Assembly: GCA_051859245.1 (NCBI GenBank)
Contig: JBHYGA010000001.1
Location: 416,001-480,000 of the forward strand
Source: Gemmatimonadaceae bacterium
Lineage (GTDB): Bacteria; Gemmatimonadota; Gemmatimonadetes; Gemmatimonadales; Gemmatimonadaceae
Length of the DNA stretch: 64,000 nt
Direction of reading: 5' to 3'
The stretch's first letter is position 1, and the number at the start of each line of letters is the position of its first letter. Shown here piece by piece: positions 1 through 9,645 of this stretch. The notes beneath the pieces are model-generated. The model was not told where the DNA came from, did no database searches, and saw only the letters and a list, made by a program, of their open reading frames with translations. The position numbers and the translations under genes were made by a program.

Positions 1-175
1 GGCATTCTGCCGCGTACGGAATGTTCATGTCGTGCAGCACTTTTGCCGATACCGTTGCCGGCATTTCATGCAACACGGCCGCCGCGTGCGCGAGTGGCAT
101 GCGTTCGAGCGTCATGGCCGCGCGTGTTGAGTGCGTGTCGAGAAACGCGCGCGCGAGGCGGCGTTCGGCAATCAC
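1..175 (-). CDS. Partial CDS running off the window edge; probable MgtE N-terminal/CBS-type protein
   Basis: Manual translation from GTG at 175, which overlaps the upstream TGA: MIAERRLARAFLDTHSTRAAMTLERMPLAHAAAVLHEMPATVSAKVLHDM..., an MgtE_N-like helical repeat pattern. Open to position 1. Confidence 0.5.
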   Translation of the reverse strand, partial: MIAERRLARAFLDTHSTRAAMTLERMPLAHAAAVLHEMPATVSAKVLHDMNIPYAAEC

Positions 176-1029
176 GCGGTCTCTCGCTTAATCAGCAGCA
201 TAGCCGGCATTTCGCTGAACTGCTTGGCCGGCACGATCATGCGTCCGTCTGGCACCTCGAGAATCACAGTGGTTGCAGTGAGTTCTGTAATCACGCCTTC
301 CACATCACCAATGCGTACCGCTTGCCCAACTTCGAACGACTTTCTGAGGTAGTGCGAGCCGATAATGTTCGCAATGGCTGTGCGCGCACCGAGTCCGAAG
401 GCCAGCGCAAACCCACCAAGAAGTGCCGCCAACCCCACGGAGAAGAACGCGGTGAGAATGGCGATGTCGACACCGAGCTCGCCCATCGCGATGAGCACCG
501 CCGACGTGACAATGCCAATGCGAACCAGCTGACCCAGTCCCGGGCCGAACGAACTGCCAGCGTCGCTCGCCGTAGCGCTGATCGCACCGCGCACCAGACT
601 GCCGATCACCAGACCAACAATCAGGATCAGCGCCGCCGCGAATACCCGTGGCACAAAGAGCGAAAAACTCGCGACGACCGACGTGAGCAGCGGGAGTCCA
701 AGTGCGTCAGCGGCGGTGGCAATGAAAAACAGCAGCACGCCCCAGAACACCACGCCGCCGATAATGTTTGCAACTCGACGTTCTTTTGCGATGCCGCCAA
801 ATGAGGTGCGGAAGGCGCGCCCTGGCACCGCGCGCTCGATCGCGTTCACAATGCGCACCGCCAGCATGCGACCTACAAACGCCAGCACGATACCGAGCGC
901 CAGCAATACGGCGGCGGCGACAATGCGCGGTTGATTGGTTGCCAGCCACTGACTGACGTCAGTGGCTGACTGCTGAACGTCGTTGACGATGGCAGATTGC
1001 AGCGCGGCCACTGCGCGGAGTGCAGTCAC
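172..1029 (-). CDS. Small-conductance mechanosensitive channel (MscS) family protein with TM-helix repeats
   Basis: Multi-TM protein with ALAFGLGARTAIANIIGSHYLRKSFEVGQAVRIGDVEGVITEL. Start moved to GTG 1029, a GTGA overlap with the upstream stop. Confidence 0.85.
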   Translation of the reverse strand: MTALRAVAALQSAIVNDVQQSATDVSQWLATNQPRIVAAAVLLALGIVLAFVGRMLAVRIVNAIERAVPGRAFRTSFGGIAKERRVANIIGGVVFWGVLLFFIATAADALGLPLLTSVVASFSLFVPRVFAAALILIVGLVIGSLVRGAISATASDAGSSFGPGLGQLVRIGIVTSAVLIAMGELGVDIAILTAFFSVGLAALLGGFALAFGLGARTAIANIIGSHYLRKSFEVGQAVRIGDVEGVITELTATTVILEVPDGRMIVPAKQFSEMPAMLLIKRETA

Positions 1030-1727
1030 CGGAGCATGCGGGCGGCGTCGTACGGTGTTCGCTCTGCAACGCGGAAGCGCACGGTGTTCACGCCTGTCGA
1101 GCGGGAGCGTTTGAACCACTGTCGTACACGATCAACCGCGCGTTGTTTGCCCTCGGCGGCCCCGACTGACGCGCCTGCTGCCGGAGGCGTGCGCAGCGAC
1201 GTGATCACTGCGCCGATGGCGGCGGCGACAACGGCGCTCGCGATCGTAACACCGACCAGATCTTCCCAGATGCTTCCGTGACGCAACGACCAGCCGGCGG
1301 CATACCCTGTCCAGATGAGCACGTTGTGCACTTGAAATCTGAGATGCGGCCGTTTGTTCGCGGGACGCCACGCCAACCACGTCAACGCCGCTGCGGTGAT
1401 CGCGAGCGCCCCGAGTGCTTCCCAATGTACGGAGCCATTGACGTACGGCCGGACAACGCGAGTCGCGAAGCCGAGTGCGACGGCGGCAACGCCACTCGAA
1501 AGCCACGTCGGCTGCCACGTATTCCGAAACCGGGTTTGCGTGGGCACAGCGTTACGCCGCTCCTGCAGCGCGGCACGAACTGCATCGGGATGAATGCCTG
1601 CTTCACTTGCGATGTCGAGCAGTTCCTTCTCGGAGATGTTGTCGCGCATTACCTCAAGCTCAACTGCCCGCGCCAACACGCGCTCCACGTCGGCGGGACT
1701 CAGCAATCGTTCGTTCTGGTCGTCCAC
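1026..1727 (-). CDS. Hypothetical membrane protein (N-terminal helical domain plus about 4 TM segments)
   Basis: GAGGAGG SD before GTG. N-terminus VERVLARAVELE...ELLDIASEAGIHPDAVRAAL, then hydrophobic segments. Confidence 0.7.
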   Translation of the reverse strand: MDDQNERLLSPADVERVLARAVELEVMRDNISEKELLDIASEAGIHPDAVRAALQERRNAVPTQTRFRNTWQPTWLSSGVAAVALGFATRVVRPYVNGSVHWEALGALAITAAALTWLAWRPANKRPHLRFQVHNVLIWTGYAAGWSLRHGSIWEDLVGVTIASAVVAAAIGAVITSLRTPPAAGASVGAAEGKQRAVDRVRQWFKRSRSTGVNTVRFRVAERTPYDAARMLR

Positions 1728-1804
1728 TTGCGCCTCCTCGTGAGTCGAACAGCAGGGAAGTCTCGGTCTAATGAGAACGCTGCGTCAAGGAATTGTCGCG
1801 CAGG

Positions 1805-2041
1805 CTACCCGCGGGTCCAGGCAATCTCAACACCGGGCTTTGCACCGAGCGCAGTGCGCAGCAAGGCCAGCAGCTCAGCGGAGGCACCATCGGCCTCAAG
1901 GAGATCGATGGTCTCGGCCTGCACGTAGTAATCGGTGTCGGTGCGCGACTCTTCTTCAAGCGAGTCAACGAGTACGGCCAGATCTTCTTCGGTGATTGTG
2001 CCGATGGCAACACCGGAATCGTTGTCGTGCAGCGTAATCAT
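1805..2041 (-). CDS. Small acidic conserved hypothetical protein (family often auto-labelled galactosyldiacylglycerol synthase)
   Basis: MITLHDNDSGVAIGTITEEDLAVLVDSLEEESRTDTDYYV...; 78 aa. Confidence 0.7.
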   Translation of the reverse strand: MITLHDNDSGVAIGTITEEDLAVLVDSLEEESRTDTDYYVQAETIDLLEADGASAELLALLRTALGAKPGVEIAWTRG

Positions 2042-2150
2042 GGGCGGGTGGGCCGAGGGGATGTGGAAGCACGATGTCAACGTGCGCGCCTCCCGAAGGA
2101 TCAGCGCCGGTCGCGCCTCACACAACCCCAGCGTACACCTGAGTGACGCG

Positions 2151-3149
2151 TTATAGCCCTGGAACCTGATCAGTCACCACGACCACACTTCCGCGCTTCC
2201 TGTTGGTCTCTACACGTGCGTGTGCCGCCGCGATCTCGTTCAGAGGGAACGTTGAATCAATCAGCGGAGTGAACCGCCCGTCCTGCGCCATGGCCACGAG
2301 CGTGCGCAGGTCGTCCGCGCGCTCGCCTGCCGGCCCAGCCACGATGCGATGCTGTTTTGTTGTGTTCACCCACGGAGCATGTAGCATGTCGGGCAGGCTG
2401 CCCAGCACCATCAGCAGCCGTCCCTGTGACGTGAGGACTTGGCGCACGCGTGAGTACGGCGCGTTGCCAACTGTGTCGGCAATCACATCGTACTGTTTCC
2501 CTTGCGATGCAAAATCGATGTGTGTGTAGTCCACAACATGCGTGGCGCCGAGCTGATGCATTGATTCGACATTGGGACTACTGCACACCGCGGTAACCTC
2601 CGCGCCAACCGCGACGGCGAGTTGCACCATTGCTGAGCCAACCGTACCTGACGCACCATTGATCAGCACGGTGTCCCCTTTCTGCAACGCACCGCGTCGG
2701 AAAAAATCGAGCGCCGTGGTACCGCCAAACGCAACGGCAGCCGCCGTGGTGTACGTGAGTGCTTCCGGCTTGTGCACAATCGCTGCATTCGCATTGATGC
2801 AGAAATACTCCGCATGTGCGCCCAGCTTCGCGCCTCGAAATGCAACAACCGCGTCGCCCAATGCAAAGTTGCGAACCAATGACCCAACCGCCACGATATC
2901 ACCGGCGAGTTCACTGCCAAGGACTGGCTGACGTGGTGCGGTGATGCCGAACGCCAGGCGTGCAGCGAGACCGAAACCGTACGGCATGCTGAGGCTGCGT
3001 ATGCGCCAGTCGGCCGACGAGACGGTGGTCGCGCGCACGCGAATCAGCACGTCGTTCGGACCAGGAACGGGTCTCGGCACATCCTCGACGGTAACAACGT
3101 GCGGCGGTCCGTAGTGCCGGAAAACGGCGGCCTTCATGTGTGATGTCAT
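2151..3149 (-). CDS. NAD(P)-dependent oxidoreductase, MDR/quinone-reductase-like family
   Basis: GroES-like N-terminus (DVLIRVRATTV, LGSELAGDIVAVG) and NAD(P)-binding INGASGTVG. Confidence 0.92.
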   Translation of the reverse strand: MTSHMKAAVFRHYGPPHVVTVEDVPRPVPGPNDVLIRVRATTVSSADWRIRSLSMPYGFGLAARLAFGITAPRQPVLGSELAGDIVAVGSLVRNFALGDAVVAFRGAKLGAHAEYFCINANAAIVHKPEALTYTTAAAVAFGGTTALDFFRRGALQKGDTVLINGASGTVGSAMVQLAVAVGAEVTAVCSSPNVESMHQLGATHVVDYTHIDFASQGKQYDVIADTVGNAPYSRVRQVLTSQGRLLMVLGSLPDMLHAPWVNTTKQHRIVAGPAGERADDLRTLVAMAQDGRFTPLIDSTFPLNEIAAAHARVETNRKRGSVVVVTDQVPGL

Positions 3150-3889
3150 GGAGCAGGATCAGACTTGCGACGGCCCCAGGGAATTGCAGTGGTGACACCC
3201 ATACGAATTGCGTACAGATCCGCCTTCGTGCGTTTGATGTCGAAACCGAGGGAGCCGTCTGGATTGTCTGTCAATCCGCCTTTGACGAGGTAGTCGCGGC
3301 GACCGTGACTTTGATAGGCAACGCCAACATCGATAGTCGTGCTGTGATACACGGGCAACTGGAGACCAACGCCGCCACTCCATATCACACCGGCATCGCC
3401 AAAGTTTTCGTCGGCGGCCACAAGATCCGGCACGATGCCGCCCCCCAGTCCACTGACGGTCGCGAACCGACTCATGCCAACGAGACCATAGCCGTACGTA
3501 CGCAGTCGTCCGAGCGGCAAGGTGACCTGTGGCCCGACGCCCATCGACAAGATTCCATTGGCCGTGGTGACATTCACGGCCACGCGACAGCGTGTACTCG
3601 TGGTCAGGCAACTGCGCTGGCTCTCGTGGCCATAGTTCAGCCACCCACCCTGCAGACGCAACGACGCGAGACCGTATCGGTCGAGCCGGAGCAACACGTG
3701 GCCCTGCACACCGGCCGCGTTGTTGACATTGCGTTTGAAATCGCCAACCGGCTGGCCGACATCGGCCGCCAGTCCAACCTGCCAGCGCGGAGTGACCACG
3801 GCCGTGCTGTCAGCAGCGGGTTGGGCCTGCCCGGCGGCAGGTGTGGCGAAGGAAAGGAGCCCGGCGAGGGCGGCAAGGGAGCGTCGCAT
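3146..3889 (-). CDS. Exported putative outer-membrane beta-barrel protein
   Basis: Signal peptide MRRSLAALAGLLSFATPAAG and alternating amphipathic strands. Start moved to ATG 3889. Stop overlaps the next start (ATGA). Confidence 0.65.
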   Translation of the reverse strand: MRRSLAALAGLLSFATPAAGQAQPAADSTAVVTPRWQVGLAADVGQPVGDFKRNVNNAAGVQGHVLLRLDRYGLASLRLQGGWLNYGHESQRSCLTTSTRCRVAVNVTTANGILSMGVGPQVTLPLGRLRTYGYGLVGMSRFATVSGLGGGIVPDLVAADENFGDAGVIWSGGVGLQLPVYHSTTIDVGVAYQSHGRRDYLVKGGLTDNPDGSLGFDIKRTKADLYAIRMGVTTAIPWGRRKSDPAP

Positions 3890-3917
3890 AGGGAAGATAG
3901 GAATGGCGGGTGAAAAA

Positions 3918-3993
3918 CTTACGCTGTATGTAGAAACGTACGCTGTAAGTGCAGCGGGGTCAAGCGGCCGGTCAGCTTGCCTTACACTGTCAG
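3918..3993. promoter_or_regulatory. Three copies of a TetR-type operator (consensus CTTAC-N3-GTAAG)
   Basis: CTTACGCTGTATG (3918), CGTACGCTGTAAG (3937) and CTTACACTGTCAG (3981) lie in the divergent intergenic region next to tetR. Confidence 0.7.
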
Positions 3994-4012
3994 TGCCTGT
4001 AGTGTCTTCCGC

Positions 4013-4666
4013 ATGTCCTCCACTCGACGCGCTCCACTGAGCCGCGAGCGCATTGTGCGCGCGGCCATCAAGCTCGCTGACCGGCACGGTCTCGAGGCGC
4101 TCTCCATGCGCAAACTCGCCACGACGTTGAAAGTCGAAGCGATGTCGCTCTACAATCACGTGGCCAACAAAGACGAACTGCTCGACGCCATGGTCGATGC
4201 CGTGATCGGGGAAATCACACTGCCGACACGGGGCGGCGACTGGAAGGCGGCCATGCGTGCTCGCGCCACGTCGGCGTTGGCGGTGATGACAGCGCATCCG
4301 TGGGCGCCAATGCTGGTGGTGTCGCGCATCAGCGTGGGCCCCAACATGCTCGGCTACATCGAAGCAACGCTCGCCACGCTGCGCGAGGCAGGACTGTCAT
4401 GGTTCGAGACGGATCGCGCGTGGAATGCCATGGACAACTACATCTACGGCTTCACCATGCAACAGCAGAACTTTCCCGTGAACCCCGAAGAGTATGCGTC
4501 TGCTGCAGCGGGCTATCTGCCAATGTTGCCGGCCGACCTGTACCCCTGCATGCACGAAATGACCGTGCTCGTGGCGAACGGGTCGCACGACGGGACGCTC
4601 GACTTTTCGTTCGGACTGGAACTGATTCTCGACGGACTGGAGCGGCTGCGGAATACGCGCGCGTAG
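4013..4666 (+). CDS. TetR/AcrR family transcriptional regulator with TetR_C domain
   Basis: LSRERIVRAAIKLADRHGLEALSMRKLATTLKVEAMSLYNHVANKDELL and C-terminal FSFGLELILDGL. Confidence 0.95.
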   Translation: MSSTRRAPLSRERIVRAAIKLADRHGLEALSMRKLATTLKVEAMSLYNHVANKDELLDAMVDAVIGEITLPTRGGDWKAAMRARATSALAVMTAHPWAPMLVVSRISVGPNMLGYIEATLATLREAGLSWFETDRAWNAMDNYIYGFTMQQQNFPVNPEEYASAAAGYLPMLPADLYPCMHEMTVLVANGSHDGTLDFSFGLELILDGLERLRNTRA

Positions 4667-4700
4667 CCGTACCCAGCGGGAGCGATCCCGCACCGATCCA

Positions 4701-4766
4701 CGCTCACCGCCCCATGCCCACCGTTGGTCCCGGCCGCCATGCCGTTCGCCGAAAGATGTGTAGAAT
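4701..4766 (+). promoter_or_regulatory. Putative LytTR-binding direct repeats and -10 element
   Basis: CGCTCACC (4701), CGTTGGTC (4722) and CGTTCGCC (4743) at a 21-bp period; TAGAAT at 4761. Confidence 0.55.
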
Positions 4767-4772
4767 CAAGCG

Positions 4773-5843
4773 ATGGGAATGACTCGCGCCGCCCCATCAT
4801 CAGCCGCTGAACAATCGAACCGCTGGCCGCTCTGGTTGGCGATCGCTGCCGCGTGGTGGACGCTGAATGGGCTCGCGACCATCAGCACGTACCGCGGGAT
4901 GTCGGACGTCAGCTGGGAGCATGCGATTCGCGTGAGCATGGCCAGCTCAGCGCTCTGGATTCCACAAACGGTGTTTGCGCTGTGGCTCGCCGAGCGGTTC
5001 CCGCTCGATCCGGACACGTGGCGGAGACGCATTGCGTGGTATCTGATCGCGGTCGTCGCCGTGATCACAGTGCGCGCGGCGATCGTATACACCACGAACG
5101 ACTGGATTGGGTGGTACACCACACTCCCCGCGTTCAGTAATGTGCTCATCACGAGCGTTGCCAACAACGTGTTGCTGTTCCCGCTTATGGCTGGACTTGG
5201 CCACGCACTCGTATTCGCCCGTCGCTATCGCGAGCGTAATGAGCAGCTGGCTCGTGTGGAGTTGCAGCATCTGAAAATGCAGCTGCACCCGCACTTTCTG
5301 TTCAATACGCTGAATACCATCAGTTCGTATGTGCGCACCGATCCAGACGTTGCAAGCGGCATGATCACACGATTGAGCGAGCTGCTGCGGCATGCACTCG
5401 ACAGCAGCGGCACGCAGGAGGTCGCGCTGCAGGAAGAGCTGCGAGTACTCGGTGCGTACCTCGATATCGAGCAGCTGCGATTTGAGGATCGTCTGCGGGT
5501 GGAATGGAAGATTGAGCCGGGAACCCTTGCAGCCCGCGTCCCGCATCTCATTCTGCAACCGATCGTTGAGAACGCCGTGCGACACGGCATTGCGGCGCGC
5601 ACCGCCTCGGGCACCATCTCGATTGTCGCGGCGCGACAGAATGGATCGCTCCGACTCCAGGTCAGCGACGATGGGGTTGGACTGCAGCAATCGCCTGCTG
5701 CGGGCACGGGCCTCGGACTGACGAATACGCGCAATCGCCTGCGACAACTGTACGGGAGCAGTGGCGTGCTAGACGTCGACACGAGCGAATCTGGTGGAGT
5801 ATGCGTGAACCTTACACTCCCTTTCCGGCTGGCGGTGCACTAG
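4773..5843 (+). CDS. LytS/YehU-type sensor histidine kinase
   Basis: About 4 TM segments, then LKMQLHPHFLFNTLNTI, LQPIVENAVRHG, VSDDGVG, GLGLTN. Confidence 0.95.
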   Translation: MGMTRAAPSSAAEQSNRWPLWLAIAAAWWTLNGLATISTYRGMSDVSWEHAIRVSMASSALWIPQTVFALWLAERFPLDPDTWRRRIAWYLIAVVAVITVRAAIVYTTNDWIGWYTTLPAFSNVLITSVANNVLLFPLMAGLGHALVFARRYRERNEQLARVELQHLKMQLHPHFLFNTLNTISSYVRTDPDVASGMITRLSELLRHALDSSGTQEVALQEELRVLGAYLDIEQLRFEDRLRVEWKIEPGTLAARVPHLILQPIVENAVRHGIAARTASGTISIVAARQNGSLRLQVSDDGVGLQQSPAAGTGLGLTNTRNRLRQLYGSSGVLDVDTSESGGVCVNLTLPFRLAVH

Positions 5844-6632
5844 ATGCCTCGGTCAGCGGATCCCGCGTTGCAGGACACACACACCGTACTCATCGTGGAT
5901 GACGAGCCGCCTGCTCGTCGCAGCCTTCGCGCGATGCTCGGCGTGCACGCCGATCTGGAGATTGTGGGTGAAGCGCGCAGTGGTGCTGAAGCCATCGCCG
6001 CGATCAATTCGCTGCGACCGGATATCGTGCTGCTCGATGTTCACATGCCCGAAGGTGACGGTTTCGATGTGATTCGGGCGATCGGTGTTGAGCAGATGCC
6101 GGTGGTGATCTTTGCGACGGCGTACGACGCGTACGCTCTGCAGGCGTTTGACGCGCACGCCCTCGATTATCTGTTGAAACCTTACGACCGTACACGCCTC
6201 GACAGCGCGTTGCAGCGCGCGAGGCAGCAGCTCCGTCGTCGTGGCGTGGATGACCGGTTGCTTGCGTTCATCGACAAGCTGGACGAACGCGCCCGGTATC
6301 AAACGCGTCTGACAGTGCGACAAGGTACACGTACGCAGTTTGTCGCCGTGTCTCAGGTCGATTATTTCGAAGCGGAAGCAAACTACGTGCGAGTTCACGT
6401 GGGACCGCGATCGCATCTGATCCGCGAGACGCTGACATCGCTTGCGGAGCAACTCGACCCTTCGCGCTTTCTGCGCGTGCACCGCTCGCTGGTGGTGAAC
6501 ATTGGTCGTGTTGTTGAAGTGGAATCGCTCTTCTCCGGCGAGTACGTGCTGCTGCTCGCCACCGGGAAGAAGCTCACGTCTGGTCGCACCTATCGTCTGG
6601 CATTGCAGTCGGCGTTGCAGCTCAAGGTGTAG
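5844..6632 (+). CDS. LytR/AlgR family response regulator (REC plus LytTR)
   Basis: IVDDE, LLDVHMP, FATAYD, DYLLKP and FLRVHRS. Confidence 0.95.
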   Translation: MPRSADPALQDTHTVLIVDDEPPARRSLRAMLGVHADLEIVGEARSGAEAIAAINSLRPDIVLLDVHMPEGDGFDVIRAIGVEQMPVVIFATAYDAYALQAFDAHALDYLLKPYDRTRLDSALQRARQQLRRRGVDDRLLAFIDKLDERARYQTRLTVRQGTRTQFVAVSQVDYFEAEANYVRVHVGPRSHLIRETLTSLAEQLDPSRFLRVHRSLVVNIGRVVEVESLFSGEYVLLLATGKKLTSGRTYRLALQSALQLKV

Positions 6633-6655
6633 CGCAGGCGCGCAAGGCGGCTCGC

Positions 6656-6706
6656 GTTTCACCGAGACGTTCGCGTTGTTCGCCAAACAGAATCACGCCG
6701 TTCGTC
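6656..6706 (+). promoter_or_regulatory. Second set of putative LytTR-binding direct repeats
   Basis: GTTTCACC (6656), TGTTCGCC (6677) and CGTTCGTC (6699), spaced 21 and 22 bp, upstream of the CDS at 6791. Confidence 0.55.
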
Positions 6707-6790
6707 ACGAATCCGTACGTCCCCGATTGGTTTTGGCGTAGCCTGTGTGCACTACAGCTCACCTACGCGCCACTCTGCCGGGAGACGGAA

Positions 6791-7792
6791 ATGGAAATCG
6801 CTCATGCAACAGCACGCAAGCACGTGACGACCAGCATCATCGCAGGCGCAATCATAGTCAGCATGGCGGCATGCGTGACCGACCATGATGCAAGCAGTCT
6901 CGTTGCGCCCTCGCACGCATCATTCGCCGAAACGACCAACATCAGTACCGCAGCTGCCGCCGCAATTTTCTCGCCTGGTGTGATCTCGGACGCGGCCGAG
7001 CAATGGCGCATCACGTTCTCGGCCAATGGCAAGACCGCGTATTTCGCGTCGAGTCCGGAGTTCTTCCCGTTCACGCGTCGCGCAACGATTTACGTGTCGC
7101 ATCTCGAAGCAGGGCAGTGGAGCACACCGCAAGTTGCCTCATTCTCAGGCGTGTACAGCGATATCGATCCGGCGTTGTCGCCGGATGGACAACGGTTGTA
7201 CTTCTCGTCGATCCGACCGGTGAACGGCGTGCCGCGCGGTGACATCGACATCTGGATGGTGGAGCGTACCCCCGACGGATGGGGAGAACCGATTCATCTC
7301 GGTCCCGAAGTGAATTCGTCCGATGCGGATGAGTTGTATCCGTCCGTCGCCGCCAACGGCACACTGTATTTCGCGAGTGGACCCTTCTTTCCGCAGCCTG
7401 GGAAACATTTCGACATTTACAGCGCGGTGCCTCGTGGACACGGCTTTGCCCCGCGTGAACCGCTCGGTCCTGCGATCAATACCGTGCCCGCCGCATCCGA
7501 TATCTCGCTACAGGATGCGTGGGACTTCAATCCGGAAATCTCCGTGGACGGCAACACGCTGCTCTTCACATCGCTGCGACCGGGCGGCTACGGCCTGGGT
7601 GATTTGTACGTCAGCAACCGAGTGGGCGGTCAGTGGTCACCAGCACGCAATCTTGGTCCGGCGGTGAATACATCCTCCGACGAGTACCACCCGTCGTTAT
7701 CGCGAAACAAGCAGCAGCTGTATTTCGTGCGACGCATTCCGCGGCGCGGCGATTTCTATCGTATTGCAACCAAGGAGCTGGACCTGCGATAG
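6791..7792 (+). CDS. PD40/WD40-like (TolB-type) beta-propeller lipoprotein
   Basis: Lipobox MAAC; repeats DIDPALSPDGQRLYFSS, ELYPSVAANGTLYF, FNPEISVDGNTLLFTS; GGAG SD. Confidence 0.85.
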   Translation: MEIAHATARKHVTTSIIAGAIIVSMAACVTDHDASSLVAPSHASFAETTNISTAAAAAIFSPGVISDAAEQWRITFSANGKTAYFASSPEFFPFTRRATIYVSHLEAGQWSTPQVASFSGVYSDIDPALSPDGQRLYFSSIRPVNGVPRGDIDIWMVERTPDGWGEPIHLGPEVNSSDADELYPSVAANGTLYFASGPFFPQPGKHFDIYSAVPRGHGFAPREPLGPAINTVPAASDISLQDAWDFNPEISVDGNTLLFTSLRPGGYGLGDLYVSNRVGGQWSPARNLGPAVNTSSDEYHPSLSRNKQQLYFVRRIPRRGDFYRIATKELDLR

Positions 7793-7906
7793 CCGTGTGA
7801 GCCACTTCGCGAAACGTTTCCGCCTACTTCAGTGACGAGGATATCAACGCCTCCGTCGCACGACGCTGCCGTGTGGCACGTCGGCAAATCGCGGTCACCA
7901 TGTCCA

Positions 7907-8250
7907 TACGGCTTTCTGTTCATGGATATGTGCATGGTGGACGATTCGCCGGCCAACGAAGGTGGCATGGGCCTGCACTACGTGAACCTTGGTCTGCTCG
8001 ACACGGAACTCGACGTGACGAAACCCGAAGCGTTGCTGTACGAGCCGGGCCCCGGTGGCAAGTTGGTACTCGTGGCGGTGGAGTACGCGATCCCAGCCGA
8101 TCTGTGGACGAAGGACGAGCCGCCCGTACTCTTTGGTCAGGAACTCAAGGTTAACAGCTTCAACCTGTACGCGTTACATGTGTGGGCATGGAAGAACAAT
8201 CCCAGTGGCCTGTTCGCGTCGTGGAATCCGCGCGTGTCGTGCGAGTACTG
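7907..8250 (+). pseudogene. N-terminally truncated fragment of a conserved secreted hypothetical protein
   Basis: Conserved-looking core GGMGLHYVN...PEALLYEP...LVAVEY...LHVWAWKNNPSGLFASWNPRVSC, but no signal peptide or plausible N-terminus. The ORF (7832-8413) runs 153 bp into the convergent gene. Bounds approximate. Confidence 0.55.
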
Positions 8251-8260
8251 GCAAGGCCGG

Positions 8261-9473
8261 TCACTCAGGCCATGCGCGCGGTACCTGACGCCGCGTGCGC
8301 GGAAAACTGCCGTCGTACCCCGACAGTTGGTTCCACACCCAGCCGGTGGCGTACGCCGCGTACAGCCCGTCCACATTGAGCAGCATCGCGGCGCCGCGAC
8401 CCGTGAGTTTTGAGAAACCGCCGGCACCCGAGAACCCACCACTATGACCGGGCAGGATTCGAATTGGATCACCCGGAACATTCATCATTGACCACCCAAG
8501 CGGCGTGCGCGCGCCGGTTTCTGTTTCACCGTATATGCGCAGCGCCTCCGCCTGGGTGAGCAATGCGTTCGCACGCCCCTGCGCGGCGCACAGGTGCGCT
8601 TGCAGAAACGTGACAAAATCAGGGAGTGACATGGCGAGTTCACTCGCCTCAAGTAAAGGCAGTGGCCGAGCACGCCGTTCGTACCACGGATACCGCAGCA
8701 CTTCGTCTTGCTCATAATGTGCACGCGGTTGGTCGTCTGTGTATTCCCCTCGGCGTACGAACGTCGCGCGCATCCCAAGCGGTTCAAACGTCGTCGTGTA
8801 ACAGCTGCGCAATCGATTTTCCGGTGACGTGCTCAAGAATTCCTGCGGCTACCACAACCGCCGGTGCAGATGAACGCGCACGCGACGGGATGCTGTCCGG
8901 CTGCTGTGCGAGGTACCAACGCGTTGCGTGATAGGCCGCTGACCGTCCACGGCTGGCTGTGAACGCGGGTACGAGCGACGCGCTGTCGCCCAGGCCATAG
9001 GCGGGGATCGGCGGAACAAACGACAACAACGTCCCCAGCGTGATGTCCGCGTACCACGGCGCTGATCGCGCAGCGCTCGGCCACAGCTCGCGTAACGGCG
9101 CGTCGAGTCGTAGCACGCCGCGTCGCTCGAGGCGCAGCGCGGCGGTGGCCAGCATTGGTGCCGCGTGGTATTCGAGTCGAAAGAGCGCGTGCGGGCCGAT
9201 CGGCGAGTCTCCGTCAACGCGTGTCACGCCGTCCCACGCCAACCGACGCGAGTCACACGTAAAGGTTGCAAACGCCGCGCCCGGAAGCATCCACTCGTTC
9301 CGGTACCAGGCCACGGTGTCACGCAACACGCGATCGAGTGTCACAGGCGGCGCAGAGGACACACTCACGTTGGTCGGAGCGAGCGCCGCCATCTCGGCGC
9401 GCGGGGGAGCCGTGTAGCAGCCAGCCAGCACAACGAAGCATGCAGCAGCGCATACTGTCGACGGAATTCGCAT
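8261..9473 (-). pseudogene. Beta-lactamase-fold (serine hydrolase-like) lipoprotein, frameshifted at about 8786
   Basis: Two consecutive ORFs join as ILEHVTGKSIAQLLHDDV / FEPLGMRATF. Lipobox LAGC and GHSGGFSG present; SxxK absent. Confidence 0.7.
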
Positions 9474-9608
9474 TGCGGTCCTCGGGATATCTCGGCGGGC
9501 GGACACGTACCGTTCGCCCTCAACGACGCCGAAGGACCGGTATGGTCACACTCCGTGCTCGTGCACATCCGGCTTACTGCACCCTGCGCGCCACCGGGAT
9601 CAGACACA

Positions 9609-9636
9609 CTGGTCACTCGCGTTCGTTCAGGCATAG
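9609..9636 (+). promoter_or_regulatory. Putative ECF sigma promoter (CTGGTCA-N15-GCATAG), autoregulatory
   Basis: The identical bipartite motif recurs at 13914-13941. Confidence 0.6.
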
Positions 9637-9645
9637 CCCTTGTGC

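Noticed and set aside
3890..4297. N-terminal extension of the 3146-4297 ORF
   Set aside because: It overlaps tetR on the opposite strand and the operator region. The signal peptide starts at 3889.
9543..9568. Third copy of the ECF promoter (TGGTCA-N14-GCACAT)
   Set aside because: The spacer is one base shorter and the -10 element has mismatches, so it may be chance.
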